DNA of 64,000 nt from Alphaproteobacteria bacterium (GCA_964291675.2 OZ219865.1:96001-160000), one strand, 5' to 3'; shown: positions 40,739 to 51,006, numbered from the stretch's first letter. Numbers and translations are program-made. Notes: generated by a model not told the origin, from the sequence alone.

Positions 40739-42007
40739 ATGCTCAGAAAGGGCGGCGGCAACTGGGTCGAGGGAGACCGGTTCTTCGACCGGGAGTTCGA
40801 GCTCCAAGCGCTGGAAGAGCGGGTCCGGGAGGGCATCCACACCCTGCTGACGGCGCAGCGGCGCATGGGCAAGACCAGCCTCGTGCGCGAGCTTCTGCGG
40901 CGGCTGGGCGACACGGGCGGGTTCGAGACGGTCTTTGCCGACCTTGAGGCCGCCACGGACCCGGCCGATGCCATCGCCGAGATCGGCGTCCAGGCGCGGC
41001 CGCTGCGCGGCGCGTGGGGCCGGATCGAGTCCGGTTTCGTCAACGTCCTGAGAGCGGCCGGCGACCGGATCGAGGAGCTTTCGCTGTCCGACCTCAAGGT
41101 GAGACTGCGCGCGGGGATCGATGCCGGCAACTGGCCGCAGCGAGGCGATGCGGTGTTCGCGGCCCTGGCGGCGAGCGACCGGCCCGTCGTTCTCGCGCTC
41201 GACGAGCTGCCGATCCTCGTCAACCGGCTGCTCAAGGACGAGACGGGCGTCGTCACCCCGGAGGGGAGGGGGCGGGCGGACTCGTTCCTGAGCTGGCTGC
41301 GCCGGAACGGGCAGACCCATCGCGGCCGGGTCACGATGATCCTGTCGGGCAGCGTCGGGCTCGAACCGCTGCTGGAGCAGGCCGGGCTCAGCGCCCATGC
41401 CAACATTTTTTCCGCCTACGATCTCGAACCCTGGAGCGAGGAGACCGCCGCGTCCTGCCTGGCGGCGCTCGCCGGGACCTACGGCATCGGGCTCCCGCCG
41501 GAGGTCGGCGCGGACATGTGCCGGCGCCTGCGCTGCTGCATCCCGCACCACGTGCAGATGTTCTTCGACAAGCTTCACGACCGGCTCCGGCGTGACGGCC
41601 GGCGGGACGCAGCGCTGGAGGACTCGGCGTGGGTCTACGGGCAGGAGATGCTGAGCGTGCGCGGTCAGGTCGATCTGCAGCACTACGAGGGCCGGCTGGA
41701 GACCGTCTTGGGGCGGGCGGGATATCCTGTCGCGCTTGAGCTGCTGACCGCGGCCGCGGTCGAAGGACTCCTGGACGACGATGCGCTCGACCGCTACGGC
41801 GCGCATTTCGCGGACCGGGCCGAGGACGGCGCGCCCTCGGTCGAGCATGTGCTGCACGTGCTGGAACATGACGGCTACCTGGAGCGGCGGGAGGGCGGCT
41901 ACCGGTTCGTCTCGGGGCTGCTGGAGGACTGGTGGCGCGGGCGTTACGGCCGGGGCTTCGTCGCTGCCGTCGAGCCTGCCGGACGACCGCCGGGAGCGGA
42001 CCGATGA
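40739..42007 (+). CDS. P-loop ATPase (archaeal-ATPase/STAND-like) with C-terminal wHTH
   Basis: FFDREFEL, Walker A AQRRMGKT, Walker B LALDELP, SGSVGL, IPHHVQ, LEHDGYL...LLEDWW. Confidence 0.85.
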   Translation: MLRKGGGNWVEGDRFFDREFELQALEERVREGIHTLLTAQRRMGKTSLVRELLRRLGDTGGFETVFADLEAATDPADAIAEIGVQARPLRGAWGRIESGFVNVLRAAGDRIEELSLSDLKVRLRAGIDAGNWPQRGDAVFAALAASDRPVVLALDELPILVNRLLKDETGVVTPEGRGRADSFLSWLRRNGQTHRGRVTMILSGSVGLEPLLEQAGLSAHANIFSAYDLEPWSEETAASCLAALAGTYGIGLPPEVGADMCRRLRCCIPHHVQMFFDKLHDRLRRDGRRDAALEDSAWVYGQEMLSVRGQVDLQHYEGRLETVLGRAGYPVALELLTAAAVEGLLDDDALDRYGAHFADRAEDGAPSVEHVLHVLEHDGYLERREGGYRFVSGLLEDWWRGRYGRGFVAAVEPAGRPPGADR

Positions 42008-44466
42008 CCGTGACGGCGAGAAAGTACAACCCGGGCTTCCTCACCGACGACGAGCTGGTGGCGTCCTTCTGCGTGCGAACCGACGAGTTCGAGTCGATGA
42101 TGGAAGCCCTGCGCGAGCCTTCGGGCGATTCGAACGCACATCAGATCGTCATCGGCCCGCGCGGCAGCGGCAAGACGAGCCTTCTGCTGCGGGTCGCGGT
42201 GGAGATCCGGCGGGACGCGCAGCTCTCCACCCGTTTCTTCCCCGTCGTCTTCGCGGAAGAAAGCTACGAGGTCTCCACCGCCGGCGAGTTCTGGCTCGAA
42301 GCCCTGTCCCGCCTCGCCGACCGGGCGCCGAACGGCGAAGACGGCCCCGACCTGCGCCGCACGTTCGAGGAGCTGCGCCAAATCCGGGACGACCGGACGC
42401 TGGGGGATCGTTGCCTCGGCGCGCTCCAGGATTTCGCCGACCGCGAAGACCGGCGCCTCGTGCTGATGGTCGAGAACCTCAACATGCTGTTCCGGGACAT
42501 GGCGGACCGGGAAACGGCGGGGTGGCGGCTGCGCCAGACGCTCCAGACCGAGCCCCGCATCCTCCTGCTGGCGAGCGCGACCAGCCGGTTCGACGAGATG
42601 GAGGACCCCAAGCGCGCGCTCTACGACCTGTTCCGGACGGTCGCGCTGCGTCCCCTCGACGCGGAGGATTGCGCGACCCTCTGGCAAACCGTCACCGGCC
42701 AGGAACGGGCGCCGGGCACGATCCGGGCCTTGCGTATCCTTACCGGCGGCAGCCCGCGATTGCTCACCATCGTCGCCCGCTTCGGCGCGGAGCTGTCGTT
42801 TCGCGAGCTGATGGCCGACCTGCTCGACCTGGTCGACGACCACACCGAGTATTTCAAGAGCCACCTCGACGCCCTGCCGGCGCAGGAGCGCCGCGTCTAT
42901 CTCGCGCTTGCCGAGCTCTGGAAGCCGGCCACCGCGCGCGAGATCGCCGACCGGGCGCGGTTGGAGACCAACAAATGCAGCGCGCAGCTCGCCCGCTTGA
43001 CCGAGCGCGGCGCGGTCGAGGTGACCGGCGGCACGGCGCGGCGCAGGCTCTACTACCTCTCCGAACGGCTCTACAACATCTACTACCTGATGCGCCGCAC
43101 CCGCGGCCCGGCGCCCATGATCGAAGCTTTGGTTCGCTTCATGGAGGGGTGGTACTCGGTCGACGAGTTGAAAGAATTCGGCGCCCGGATGGCGCGGGAA
43201 GCGCCGGGTCTCGACGACGGGACGCTGGGGCTTTACCGGATTGCGTTTCAGCAACTCCTCCGACTGCCGTCGCTGGCGCCGCACCGCGAGGAATTGCTTT
43301 CGCTTGCGTCATGGATCGGTGACATCGGTCCCGATGATGACCCTCACGCCCCGGCTGCCAACTTGACTGCTAGGGCCGTCTTCGACAGGGCGATCGAACT
43401 CGCGACCGACGGGCGCCTTGAGGAGGCGGTAAATGCTTGGGATGAGGTCATTTGGCGTCTACGGGACAAAGGGGCTCCAACAGATCTTGAGGGGGTCGCG
43501 ACAGCGCTCCTGAACAAGGGTGTGGCGCTAGGCAAGATGGACCGGCCAATCGACGCACTCGCGACGTGGGATGAGGTCGTTCAACGTTTCGGTGAGACCG
43601 ATGATCGACCTCTGGTTCTCGCGGTCGCGGAGGCTCTTTTGAGCAGGGGTAACCTGCTACTGGAGTTGAACAGGCCGGGGGAGGGGATTGAGGCGTGGGA
43701 TGAGGTCGTCCGGCGAAATGTGTCGAGCGAATGGCCGTCCCTTCGCGTTAAGGTGTCAACAGCACTACTTGGCAAGTGTGCTGCCCTGTCGGGGTTGAAT
43801 CGGCCTGAAGAAGCCTTGGCCGTCTGCGACGAGATCGTACAACGCGATGCGAAGAACGATGACCCGCAGGCCATTGGGATACTCGCCTGGGCACTCCTAC
43901 ATAGAGGCAATGTGTTTCTCCGTCAGAGACGGCTCGACGAAGCGTTGGCGGCATGGGAAGAGATCGTACGACGTTTCGAGGCCTCTGATCTGCCGACGCT
44001 TGGGGACTCAGTCGTGATGGCGCTAGTGGGAAAAGCAGCGCTCGATTTGATAAATGGCCGAGCACAGGCTGCCATTGTTGCTATCGACCAGATGCTGCAC
44101 CGGCAGGACGTAGGATCACCGGAGGTAAGATTGCAGGGACACACGATCCGCGCTTGGGCGTACTTGGCGGATGGCGAAATCGAGGCGTGTACGAACGATG
44201 TGGCATCGATACTTGCGATCTTGCCGGACTTCGGTTCCATCCCCAAGGAAGTGCTCGATGGATTGTCCGCGTTCTCCATGGACCTGGGTTCGCAGAATAT
44301 GCTCGATCTGATCCAGGCGTCGCCGGCGGTCGACCTGCTGCTGCCGCTGACGACGGCGCTGGAAATGGAACTCGGGCTGGAACCACGCGTGGCGAAGGAG
44401 GTGGAGGAGGTCGCCGAGGACATCCGTCGCGACTTGGCGGAGCGGCGAAAGGCGCGGCGCGGGTGA
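42004..44466 (+). CDS. STAND-like ATPase with wHTH and TPR repeats
   Basis: KYNP, Walker A GPRGSGKT, variant Walker B LMVENL, GGSPR, wHTH (TAREIADRARL..CSAQLARL) and repeated A..WDEVV.RF TPR-like units. ATGA overlap with the upstream ATPase. Confidence 0.85.
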   Translation: MTVTARKYNPGFLTDDELVASFCVRTDEFESMMEALREPSGDSNAHQIVIGPRGSGKTSLLLRVAVEIRRDAQLSTRFFPVVFAEESYEVSTAGEFWLEALSRLADRAPNGEDGPDLRRTFEELRQIRDDRTLGDRCLGALQDFADREDRRLVLMVENLNMLFRDMADRETAGWRLRQTLQTEPRILLLASATSRFDEMEDPKRALYDLFRTVALRPLDAEDCATLWQTVTGQERAPGTIRALRILTGGSPRLLTIVARFGAELSFRELMADLLDLVDDHTEYFKSHLDALPAQERRVYLALAELWKPATAREIADRARLETNKCSAQLARLTERGAVEVTGGTARRRLYYLSERLYNIYYLMRRTRGPAPMIEALVRFMEGWYSVDELKEFGARMAREAPGLDDGTLGLYRIAFQQLLRLPSLAPHREELLSLASWIGDIGPDDDPHAPAANLTARAVFDRAIELATDGRLEEAVNAWDEVIWRLRDKGAPTDLEGVATALLNKGVALGKMDRPIDALATWDEVVQRFGETDDRPLVLAVAEALLSRGNLLLELNRPGEGIEAWDEVVRRNVSSEWPSLRVKVSTALLGKCAALSGLNRPEEALAVCDEIVQRDAKNDDPQAIGILAWALLHRGNVFLRQRRLDEALAAWEEIVRRFEASDLPTLGDSVVMALVGKAALDLINGRAQAAIVAIDQMLHRQDVGSPEVRLQGHTIRAWAYLADGEIEACTNDVASILAILPDFGSIPKEVLDGLSAFSMDLGSQNMLDLIQASPAVDLLLPLTTALEMELGLEPRVAKEVEEVAEDIRRDLAERRKARRG

Positions 44467-44519
44467 CCCCTGGGCACCCTCCGCAGGGTGCCAGCCGCGC
44501 CCCGACTGAACACGCCGTC

Positions 44520-44758
44520 CGTCATTCCGACCGGAGCTGAGAAATCTCGCGCCCGGCGTCCCACCCCGTCATGGCCGGCCCCCGGATCGAGTCCGGGGGT
44601 GATCCGGCCATTCATGCCGCGCCTCCGCCCGCGAGGCGGCCGGTCGGAAGAGGTGGCAGCGCCCGTGGGTGCCCGGATCAAGTCCGGGCATGACGTGGGG
44701 GGTGGCAAAGAGATTTCTCCGCTCCGCCTCGCTCCGTCCGGGTCCGGTCGAGATGACG
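44520..44758. repeat. Composite CGTC-REP cluster (GTCATxxCGACCGG..GAGAAATCT family enclosing a GGATCAAGTCC-family pair)
   Basis: Outer inverted pair at 44520-44547 and 44711-44758; inner pair at 44567-44613 and 44666-44695. Confidence 0.85.
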
Positions 44759-44826
44759 ACGGGGGGAGGGCCCTCCCCCATTTACCATTTGCCGCGCCGC
44801 TCCGTTTCGCCCCATAAACTCCGGCC

Positions 44827-46476
44827 ATGCTGAGCGCGCTCTCCGTCCTCCGACGCGGACCGCCGGCCGACCCGGTGTCGGGCTGGTCGGTGGCGACGCT
44901 CGCGCTCGGGCTCGTCCTGATCGGGCCGTTCGTCGCGCTGCTCTACGCGATGACCGGGGATTCGGGCGGGCTCTGGCTGCATCTGATGGAGACCGTCTTT
45001 CCGCGCTATGTCGGCAACACGGTGGCACTGATGGCGGGCGTCGGGTCGGTCAGCCTCGCCTTCGGGCTGAGCACGGCGTGGCTGGTCACGCGCTACGAGT
45101 TCCCGTTCTCGCGGCTGCTCGACTGGGCGCTGCTGCTGCCGGCGACGGTGCCGGCCTATATCATCGCCTACGCCTATACCGACCTGCTGGAATATGCCGG
45201 GCCGGTGCAGGGGCTGCTGCGCGAGGCCTTCGGCTGGTCGTCGGCGCGCGACTACTGGTTCCCCGAGATCCGCTCGCTCGGCGGCGCCGTCCTGGTGATG
45301 GGCTCGGTGCTCTACCCCTATGTCTATCTGATGGCGCGCACCGCGTTCCGCCTCACCCCCGCCTCCTACTACGAGGTCGCGCTGCTGCACGACCGCAATG
45401 TCGCCTTCTCGGTCGGCATCCCGCTGGCGCGCCCGGCGATCGTCGCCGGGCTGGCGCTGGTGCTGATGGAGGTGGTGTCGGATTTCGGCACGGTCGAGTA
45501 TTTCGCGGTCGAGACGCTGACCCTCGGCATCTTCAATGTCTGGCTCGGCATGAACAACTTGACCGCCGCGGCGCAGATCGCGGGTGTCGCCTTCGTGTTC
45601 ATCCTCGGCCTCTTGTTCATCGAGCGGCGCGCGCGCGGGCAGCAGCGCTTCTTCGATCCGTCGACGCCGCGCGAGGGGCTGCGCCCGATGCGCGTCGGCG
45701 GTGCGAAGGCGGCGCTCTGCATCCTGGTCTGCCTGGTGCCGCTGACCGCGGGCTTCGCGGTGCCGGTGGGGGTGCTGCTCTGGTTCGTCGCCGCCGGGCT
45801 GTCGTCGACCGATTACGGCGCGCTCGTCGCCACCGCCGTCAACTCGCTCTCGGTCGCCTTCGCGGCGGCGGCGATCGTCATGGCGGTGGCGCTGGTCACC
45901 GTGATGGTGGTCTCCTACAAGCGCCACCCTGCGCTCGGCGCGCTGACCGCGGTCTCGGCGATGGGCTATGCGTTCCCCGGCACCGTGCTCGCCATCGGCG
46001 TGGTGGTGTTCGCCGGTGCGCTCGATTCCGCGGTCGAGGCCGTCGTCGAGCGCGTGCTCGGCGCCGGGTTCGACGGGCTCCTGATCGGCGGCGTCGCGCT
46101 GCTGGTGGCGGGCTACGTGGTGCGCTTCCAGGCGATCGGCTACGGCGCCATGGTGGCCGGGGTGAAGCGGCTGCCGCCCAACATCATGAACGCGAGCTAC
46201 GTGCTCGGGCGCGGCTTCTCGCGCAGCCTGGTGACGCTGGCGCCGCCGCTGTTGCGCAAGTCGATCCTCGCCGGCGGGCTGCTGGTCTTCGTCGACGTGA
46301 TGAAGGAGCTGCCGATGACCCTGCTGCTCCGCCCGTTCGATTTCGAGACCCTGGCCACCTATGTCTACCAGTTCGCCACCGACGAGCTGCTGGAGCACTC
46401 GGCGCTCGCCGCGCTCGCCATCGTCGCCGCCGGCCTCGGCCCGGTGATCTGGATGAACGCCTCGCAGCGGCGGTGA
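44827..46476 (+). CDS. fbpB: Fe3+ ABC transporter permease
   Basis: PAYIIAYAYTDLLEYAGPVQ, YPYVYL, PLARPAI, DFGTVEYF, KELPMTLLLRPFDFETLA. Confidence 0.92.
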   Translation: MLSALSVLRRGPPADPVSGWSVATLALGLVLIGPFVALLYAMTGDSGGLWLHLMETVFPRYVGNTVALMAGVGSVSLAFGLSTAWLVTRYEFPFSRLLDWALLLPATVPAYIIAYAYTDLLEYAGPVQGLLREAFGWSSARDYWFPEIRSLGGAVLVMGSVLYPYVYLMARTAFRLTPASYYEVALLHDRNVAFSVGIPLARPAIVAGLALVLMEVVSDFGTVEYFAVETLTLGIFNVWLGMNNLTAAAQIAGVAFVFILGLLFIERRARGQQRFFDPSTPREGLRPMRVGGAKAALCILVCLVPLTAGFAVPVGVLLWFVAAGLSSTDYGALVATAVNSLSVAFAAAAIVMAVALVTVMVVSYKRHPALGALTAVSAMGYAFPGTVLAIGVVVFAGALDSAVEAVVERVLGAGFDGLLIGGVALLVAGYVVRFQAIGYGAMVAGVKRLPPNIMNASYVLGRGFSRSLVTLAPPLLRKSILAGGLLVFVDVMKELPMTLLLRPFDFETLATYVYQFATDELLEHSALAALAIVAAGLGPVIWMNASQRR

Positions 46477-46605
46477 GCGCTATCCAATCGGGTTGGATCA
46501 TATTCTGGGGCAGCGAATTGGTTTCTGCATTCTTGGGGTAGGCAACTTTCGAGAATGCGGGCGATGGCGTTCCACAGTCCCTCCACCGTGCGATCGGCGG
46601 CACGA
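46477..46605 (-). mobile_element. IS630-family transposase 3' remnant
   Basis: The minus strand encodes AADRTVEGLWNAIARILESCLPQECRNQFAAPEY, resembling the IS630 C-terminus (AARTxxxLW...TPxECxNYF..AGY). It ends at an IR-like GAGCGCTATCCAATCGGGTTGGATC. Confidence 0.7.
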
Positions 46606-46753
46606 GCGAACCGGGATCGGACACCCGCCTCACCGGGATTGCCGCCCACCTCCCAAGCCAGCCCGGCGACGCCGACTGAGCCGCGTTCCCGCGCACATCA
46701 CCTTGCTTGACGGCGCATGGTCGTGTCGCGAGGACGGCGCGACTCAGGTGACC

Positions 46754-48162
46754 CTATCGGGACGCTCCGAATGCACCGGTGAGATCATTGCGCTCCAGCG
46801 TCCCGGCGGCGCCCTCGTGGTTGCGGCCGACGAAGATGCCGGTCAGCCTGCCGGCATCGCCGCCGGTCTCCCGGAAGGTGTTGCCGCTGACCGCGATGGT
46901 GTAAACGAGATCCCCGTCCCGCCATTGCGCGCCGGACCCCGCGGGGCCGGGCCCGGCGTCAGCCGACCACGACTCCAGGTCAGTGAAGCCGGCGGTGCCG
47001 GTCATGGTAGCGAGGTCCACGTTGATTGCGGCGTCGCCAATGACGGGGGCCGCGCTCGGGGTGAAGCCAACGAGCGACCCCTCCCAGGTCACCGTGCCGG
47101 AGAGCGCCGGGTTGTCCGCCAGCGGCTGGTAAGGCCAAAATCCGTAGGCCCACGGCTCGGCGTAGCCGTTGACGAACCGCACGCCAAACGCGGCGTGCTC
47201 GCCGTCGCCGACGATGTGCGTCGACATGCTTTCCCAAGGCCCGAAAGTCGAAGGCGACGCGCCGTCCAGCAGCCCACTATAGAGCGCGCGCATCGCCTCG
47301 CGATCCACAGGGTAGAGCAGCGAGGTTGGCTGCGGGATACCCTGCTGCGGGCTGTAGATGTCCGGTCCGGCTTCCATGATGGAGTCGAACGCTGCCGAAA
47401 CATGACCGGCGTGCAGGCCCATCGCGTGCAGCAACTCATCCGCGAGCAGGATCGTCGCTTCACGGTCGCCGCGACTCGTATAGGCCCTGTCGACGCTGAC
47501 CATGGCGAATTCGAGAGCGCCGTCAGGCCCCGGTATGGGGGTTGTGCTGCCCCAACCGCGGCCTTCGAGCGACGGCAAGAAGCCGATATAGATGCCCGTG
47601 GCGCTGCCCCCGAGCCAGGGAGGGAGGGATGGCGCATCCGAGGCGACCGTCATCCTGTAACCTTCCGGCAGCGCGGCGTTCACCAGCCGGACCGCGCGAA
47701 TGACGCGCTGGTAGTCCGACTCGTCGCCTTCGAGCCCGAAGCGAACGACCGGCGGTGTCTCCCATCGAAACCCGGGATCGGCGACGGCTTGCGACAGGTA
47801 TCGCCGGAGCGTGCTCAGGCCCACGCCGTCATTCAGCCGGCCGTAGCGTATGCCGATCCCGTCGCGCTCGCCTGCGGTTGGCAGGGCGCTGAGATGGCGC
47901 CCCCGCTGATCGGCGCCGACCAGGAACAGCTCGTGCCCCTGATAGATTGGCATGTGCCGCGCATCGGCCCTCGTAGGTGGTTCCACGCCGGAGAACAAAT
48001 AGCTGCCGATGGCGGTATAGGGGAACGGCAATTCTGCCACGACGGGCTGCGATGGCGGGTCGGTCGGGGAGGAACCGGCCGGATCGTGTCGCCGCCTCCG
48101 TCCCCGCCGCAAGCTGATAGCAGCAGAATCGCACCTGACGAAATCAGGGTGTGCTTGTTCAT
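46754..48162 (-). pseudogene. Lipoprotein with metallopeptidase-like domain and C-terminal TbpB-like beta-barrel, frameshifted at 48066-48069
   Basis: Lipobox LSAC is in one frame and the body (ADELLHAMG...GRLTGIFVGRNHEGAAGTL...GAFGASR) in another. One extra base in the G4 run joins them. Confidence 0.7.
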
Positions 48163-48608
48163 GGGTCATCTCCTGCCCTCGAACCCGGCGAGCAACTCCA
48201 CGCCGGGCGTCCTTTCGCCGAGCGTGCCGCCGACTTCTCGTGCGCGGGCCTGACGAAAGCCCCCGCACACGCCCAACGGCGTCGGCGAAGCAGTTGCCGT
48301 AGACGCTGATTTCTTGGTTCAGGCTGGCGCACCGGAAAGGGTCGGTGGCGTCGCCCGTCGGGTCGGAGGACTACTCCTGTCTTCGACAACCGGTCGGACA
48401 CGGTGATCAGATATCTATCACAGTACGAATCGAACAACAGTATACTCAACCCAGGGCTGATAACCACCTCACGCGCGCTGACCCGAGCCAGGTTTGGATT
48501 GAGGCACTTGGTGAGGGAGCTGACCGACAGTGCCGGTAAGGTCCTGTTTCCGAAGTTCGATGCATGGCAATGCCCTGCCACATAACTCGTCACGGCCGGA
48601 CTCTTTCC

Positions 48609-48910
48609 ACTGCTGTCCGGTTCAGGTGAGTTGGACGGGGTGCAAGCCCTTGGTATGGGAGCATTTTCGGTGCATCGGTTGGATCGAGACACCGATTTCG
48701 GCACACTCGCACCTGCCGTCCTTGTCCCCCCGCTGTCACCCCGGACCTGTTCCGGGGCCCAGGGTCACAGGCACCGCCCTCGCGCGGCTTTCCCCGGAAC
48801 GGGTCCGGGGCAGGCCTGGACCCCGGAACAAGCCGGGGGTGACAGCGGGGGCGGAGATGTTGTTGCTCATGGTCGCGGAGCCCGAGTTGAAGGCTAAACC
48901 GGACAGCAGG
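48609..48910. mobile_element. Non-autonomous TIR element (MITE) inserted in a REP, copy 1
   Basis: ACTGCTGTCCGGTT...AAACCGGACAGCAGG with flanks GGACTCTTTCC / GGACTTGTTTC. Has an internal REP-like pair. The host REP starts CGTCACGGCC at 48588. Confidence 0.8.
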
Positions 48911-49221
48911 GGACTTGTTTCGGGCATCCCTCTCCACCGGCCGCTCTGCGGGCGGCGGGCTCTGGTGATGGCTGGAACAGGTCCGGCCATGACTCGGCGG
49001 GGACAGGGAGCCAAAACGCACGAGCTTTGGAACCGGGCACACCAAACCGTATCCGGTTTGGACTGAAGTGCATCGCACTTCCCGGCAGTACGCCGGTATT
49101 TCGCTTCGCCAATCGTGACGGTGGGCGGGCAGGCCGAACGGTTCCATCCGGGACGGAGAGGTCGTAACATCGCTGCCCCAGCGGGAGTGCCTCCGATCCG
49201 AACCCCGGGAACGCGGCAACC

Positions 49222-49860
49222 ATGACCGACGGCGCCAACGCGGTCGCGCGCGCGGCGCCGATCGACCGGGCGCGGGCGCTGCTGCCGGGGATCGTCTCGC
49301 GGGCGGCGGAGGCGGACCGGATCGGGCGGCTGCCCGCGGCGACCCAGGCCGAGCCGATGGAGGCCGGGCTCTAGCGGATCCATTTGCCCCGGCGCTACGG
49401 CGGCGACGAGTCGGACTACGCGCTACAGGTCGACCTCGCCGCCGAGCTCGGCACCGCCTGCGGCTCGACCGCCTGGGCGCATTCGGCGGTCGCCGGCCAC
49501 AGCCGGATGCACGGCATGTTCGATGCCCGCGCCCAGGACGCGGTCCGGGGCGAGCACCCGGACGCGCCGATCCCGGGCGCGACGCCGAGCGCCGATTCGC
49601 GCATCGGGCCGGTCGACGACTGGCATGCCACCGGGCTGCGCGGCACCGGGTCGCGGTCGACGGTCTGCCGCGACCGGTTCGTCGCCGAGGGCTGGACGAT
49701 CCGCTCCGAGGCGTGCCGCGGCGGGCCCGCGCAAGGCAGCGCCGTCGACCCGGGCGCGCTCCACCGGATGCCGCCGTTCGCGCCGTTCGGCAAGGGATCG
49801 TGGCGCCGGCCGTGGGGATCGCGCGCGGCGCGCTGGCGCTGCCCGGGATGGAGGTCGGGA
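49222..49860 (+). pseudogene. Decayed acyl-CoA dehydrogenase-fold flavin monooxygenase (paralog of 35706)
   Basis: PRRYGG, CGSTAW and DDWHATGLRGTGS are present. There is an in-frame TAG at 49372-49374, the internal GxWxFxSG block is missing, and the 3' end is truncated. Confidence 0.8.
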
Positions 49861-49866
49861 TCGGGG

Positions 49867-50931
49867 TTACCGCGCGGATCGGGAGCGCCGGCCGCCGAAC
49901 ACGAAGCTCTGGTTCGGGTCGATGGCGATCCGCACCTTCTCGCCGACGCGGTGGCGGACCAGCCCGGGCAGGCGGGCGTGGAAGTGGTCGTGGCCCGGGT
50001 CGCCGAAGCGCTCGCTGAGCCGGATCACGCTGGAGGCGCCGGCGAAGTGGACGCTGCAGACATGCAGCTCGGCGCCGGCGCGGCCGCCGCCCGGCGCGAG
50101 CCGCAGCCCGTCCGGGCGGATCAGCACCTCGACCGGCTCGCCGTCGCCGAAGCCGGGATTGGCCAGCGCGCCGATGCGGGTCCGGATCTCGGCGCCCACG
50201 ACCGTGCCGGGGACCCGGTTGACGGCGCCGAAGAAGGCGGCGGTGAACGCGTCGACCGGGGCGGCGTAGAGCTCGTCCGGGGTGCCGGCCTGGACCATCG
50301 CGCCGTCGCGCATCAGCACGATCCGGTCGGCCGATATCAGCGCCTCCTCGGGGTCGTGGGTGACCATCAGCACCGTGACCCCGGCATCCTTGAGGATGCG
50401 CACCGTCTCCTCCCGCAGCCCGGCGCGGAGCGAGGCGTCGAGGCTGGAGAACGGCTCGTCCAGCAGCACCACCCGCGGCCGCGGCGCCAGCGCGCGGACC
50501 AGCGCCGCCCGCTGCTGCTCGCCGCCCGACAGCATATGCGGGTAGCTGTGCGCGAGATGGCGCATATGGACCCGCTCCAGCAGCGCCACCACGCGGCCGG
50601 CATCGCCCGCCTTCTGCGCCCGCGTCATGCCGTAGGCGATGTTCTGCGCCACCGTCAGATGCGGGAACAGGGCGATGTCCTGGAACAGGAACCCGATGCC
50701 GCGCTCGGGCGGCGGCACCATCCTCGCGGCGTCCGACAGCACCCGCCCGGCGATGCCGACCCGGCCGGCGGCCGGCCGCTCCAGCCCGGCGATGGCGCGC
50801 AGCGTCGTCGTCTTGCCGCAGCCCGACGGGCCGAGCAGGCAGACCAGCTCGCCCTCCGCGATCTCCAGAGAGAGGTCGCGCACCGCCCGTTTCGCCCCGA
50901 AGCTGACGCTCAGCCCATCGAGTCTCAGCAC
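49867..50931 (-). CDS. fbpC: Fe3+ ABC transporter ATP-binding protein
   Basis: GPSGCGKTT, FQDIALFPHL, LSGGEQQR, LLDEPFS, VTHD, with a Fur-like box upstream. Confidence 0.88.
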   Translation of the reverse strand: MLRLDGLSVSFGAKRAVRDLSLEIAEGELVCLLGPSGCGKTTTLRAIAGLERPAAGRVGIAGRVLSDAARMVPPPERGIGFLFQDIALFPHLTVAQNIAYGMTRAQKAGDAGRVVALLERVHMRHLAHSYPHMLSGGEQQRAALVRALAPRPRVVLLDEPFSSLDASLRAGLREETVRILKDAGVTVLMVTHDPEEALISADRIVLMRDGAMVQAGTPDELYAAPVDAFTAAFFGAVNRVPGTVVGAEIRTRIGALANPGFGDGEPVEVLIRPDGLRLAPGGGRAGAELHVCSVHFAGASSVIRLSERFGDPGHDHFHARLPGLVRHRVGEKVRIAIDPNQSFVFGGRRSRSAR

Positions 50932-50987
50932 CGCGCCATACCCGTCGATCCACCCCCGCCGACGCCGAACACACCCGTCCCCATGGT

Positions 50988-51006
50988 GTTATTGATAATC
51001 AATATC
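50988..51006. promoter_or_regulatory. Fur-type iron box upstream of fbpC
   Basis: GTTATTGATAATCAATATC matches GATAATGATAATCATTATC at 16 of 19 positions. Confidence 0.8.

Noticed and set aside
48200-48585. Low-GC stretch with short ORFs (48345-48539, 48403-48585)
   Set aside because: There is no recognisable motif or RBS, so no call can be supported. It is probably a remnant.
49372-49374. In-frame TAG as pyrrolysine or stop-codon readthrough
   Set aside because: The same gene also has an internal deletion and a 3' truncation, so pseudogenisation is the simpler explanation.
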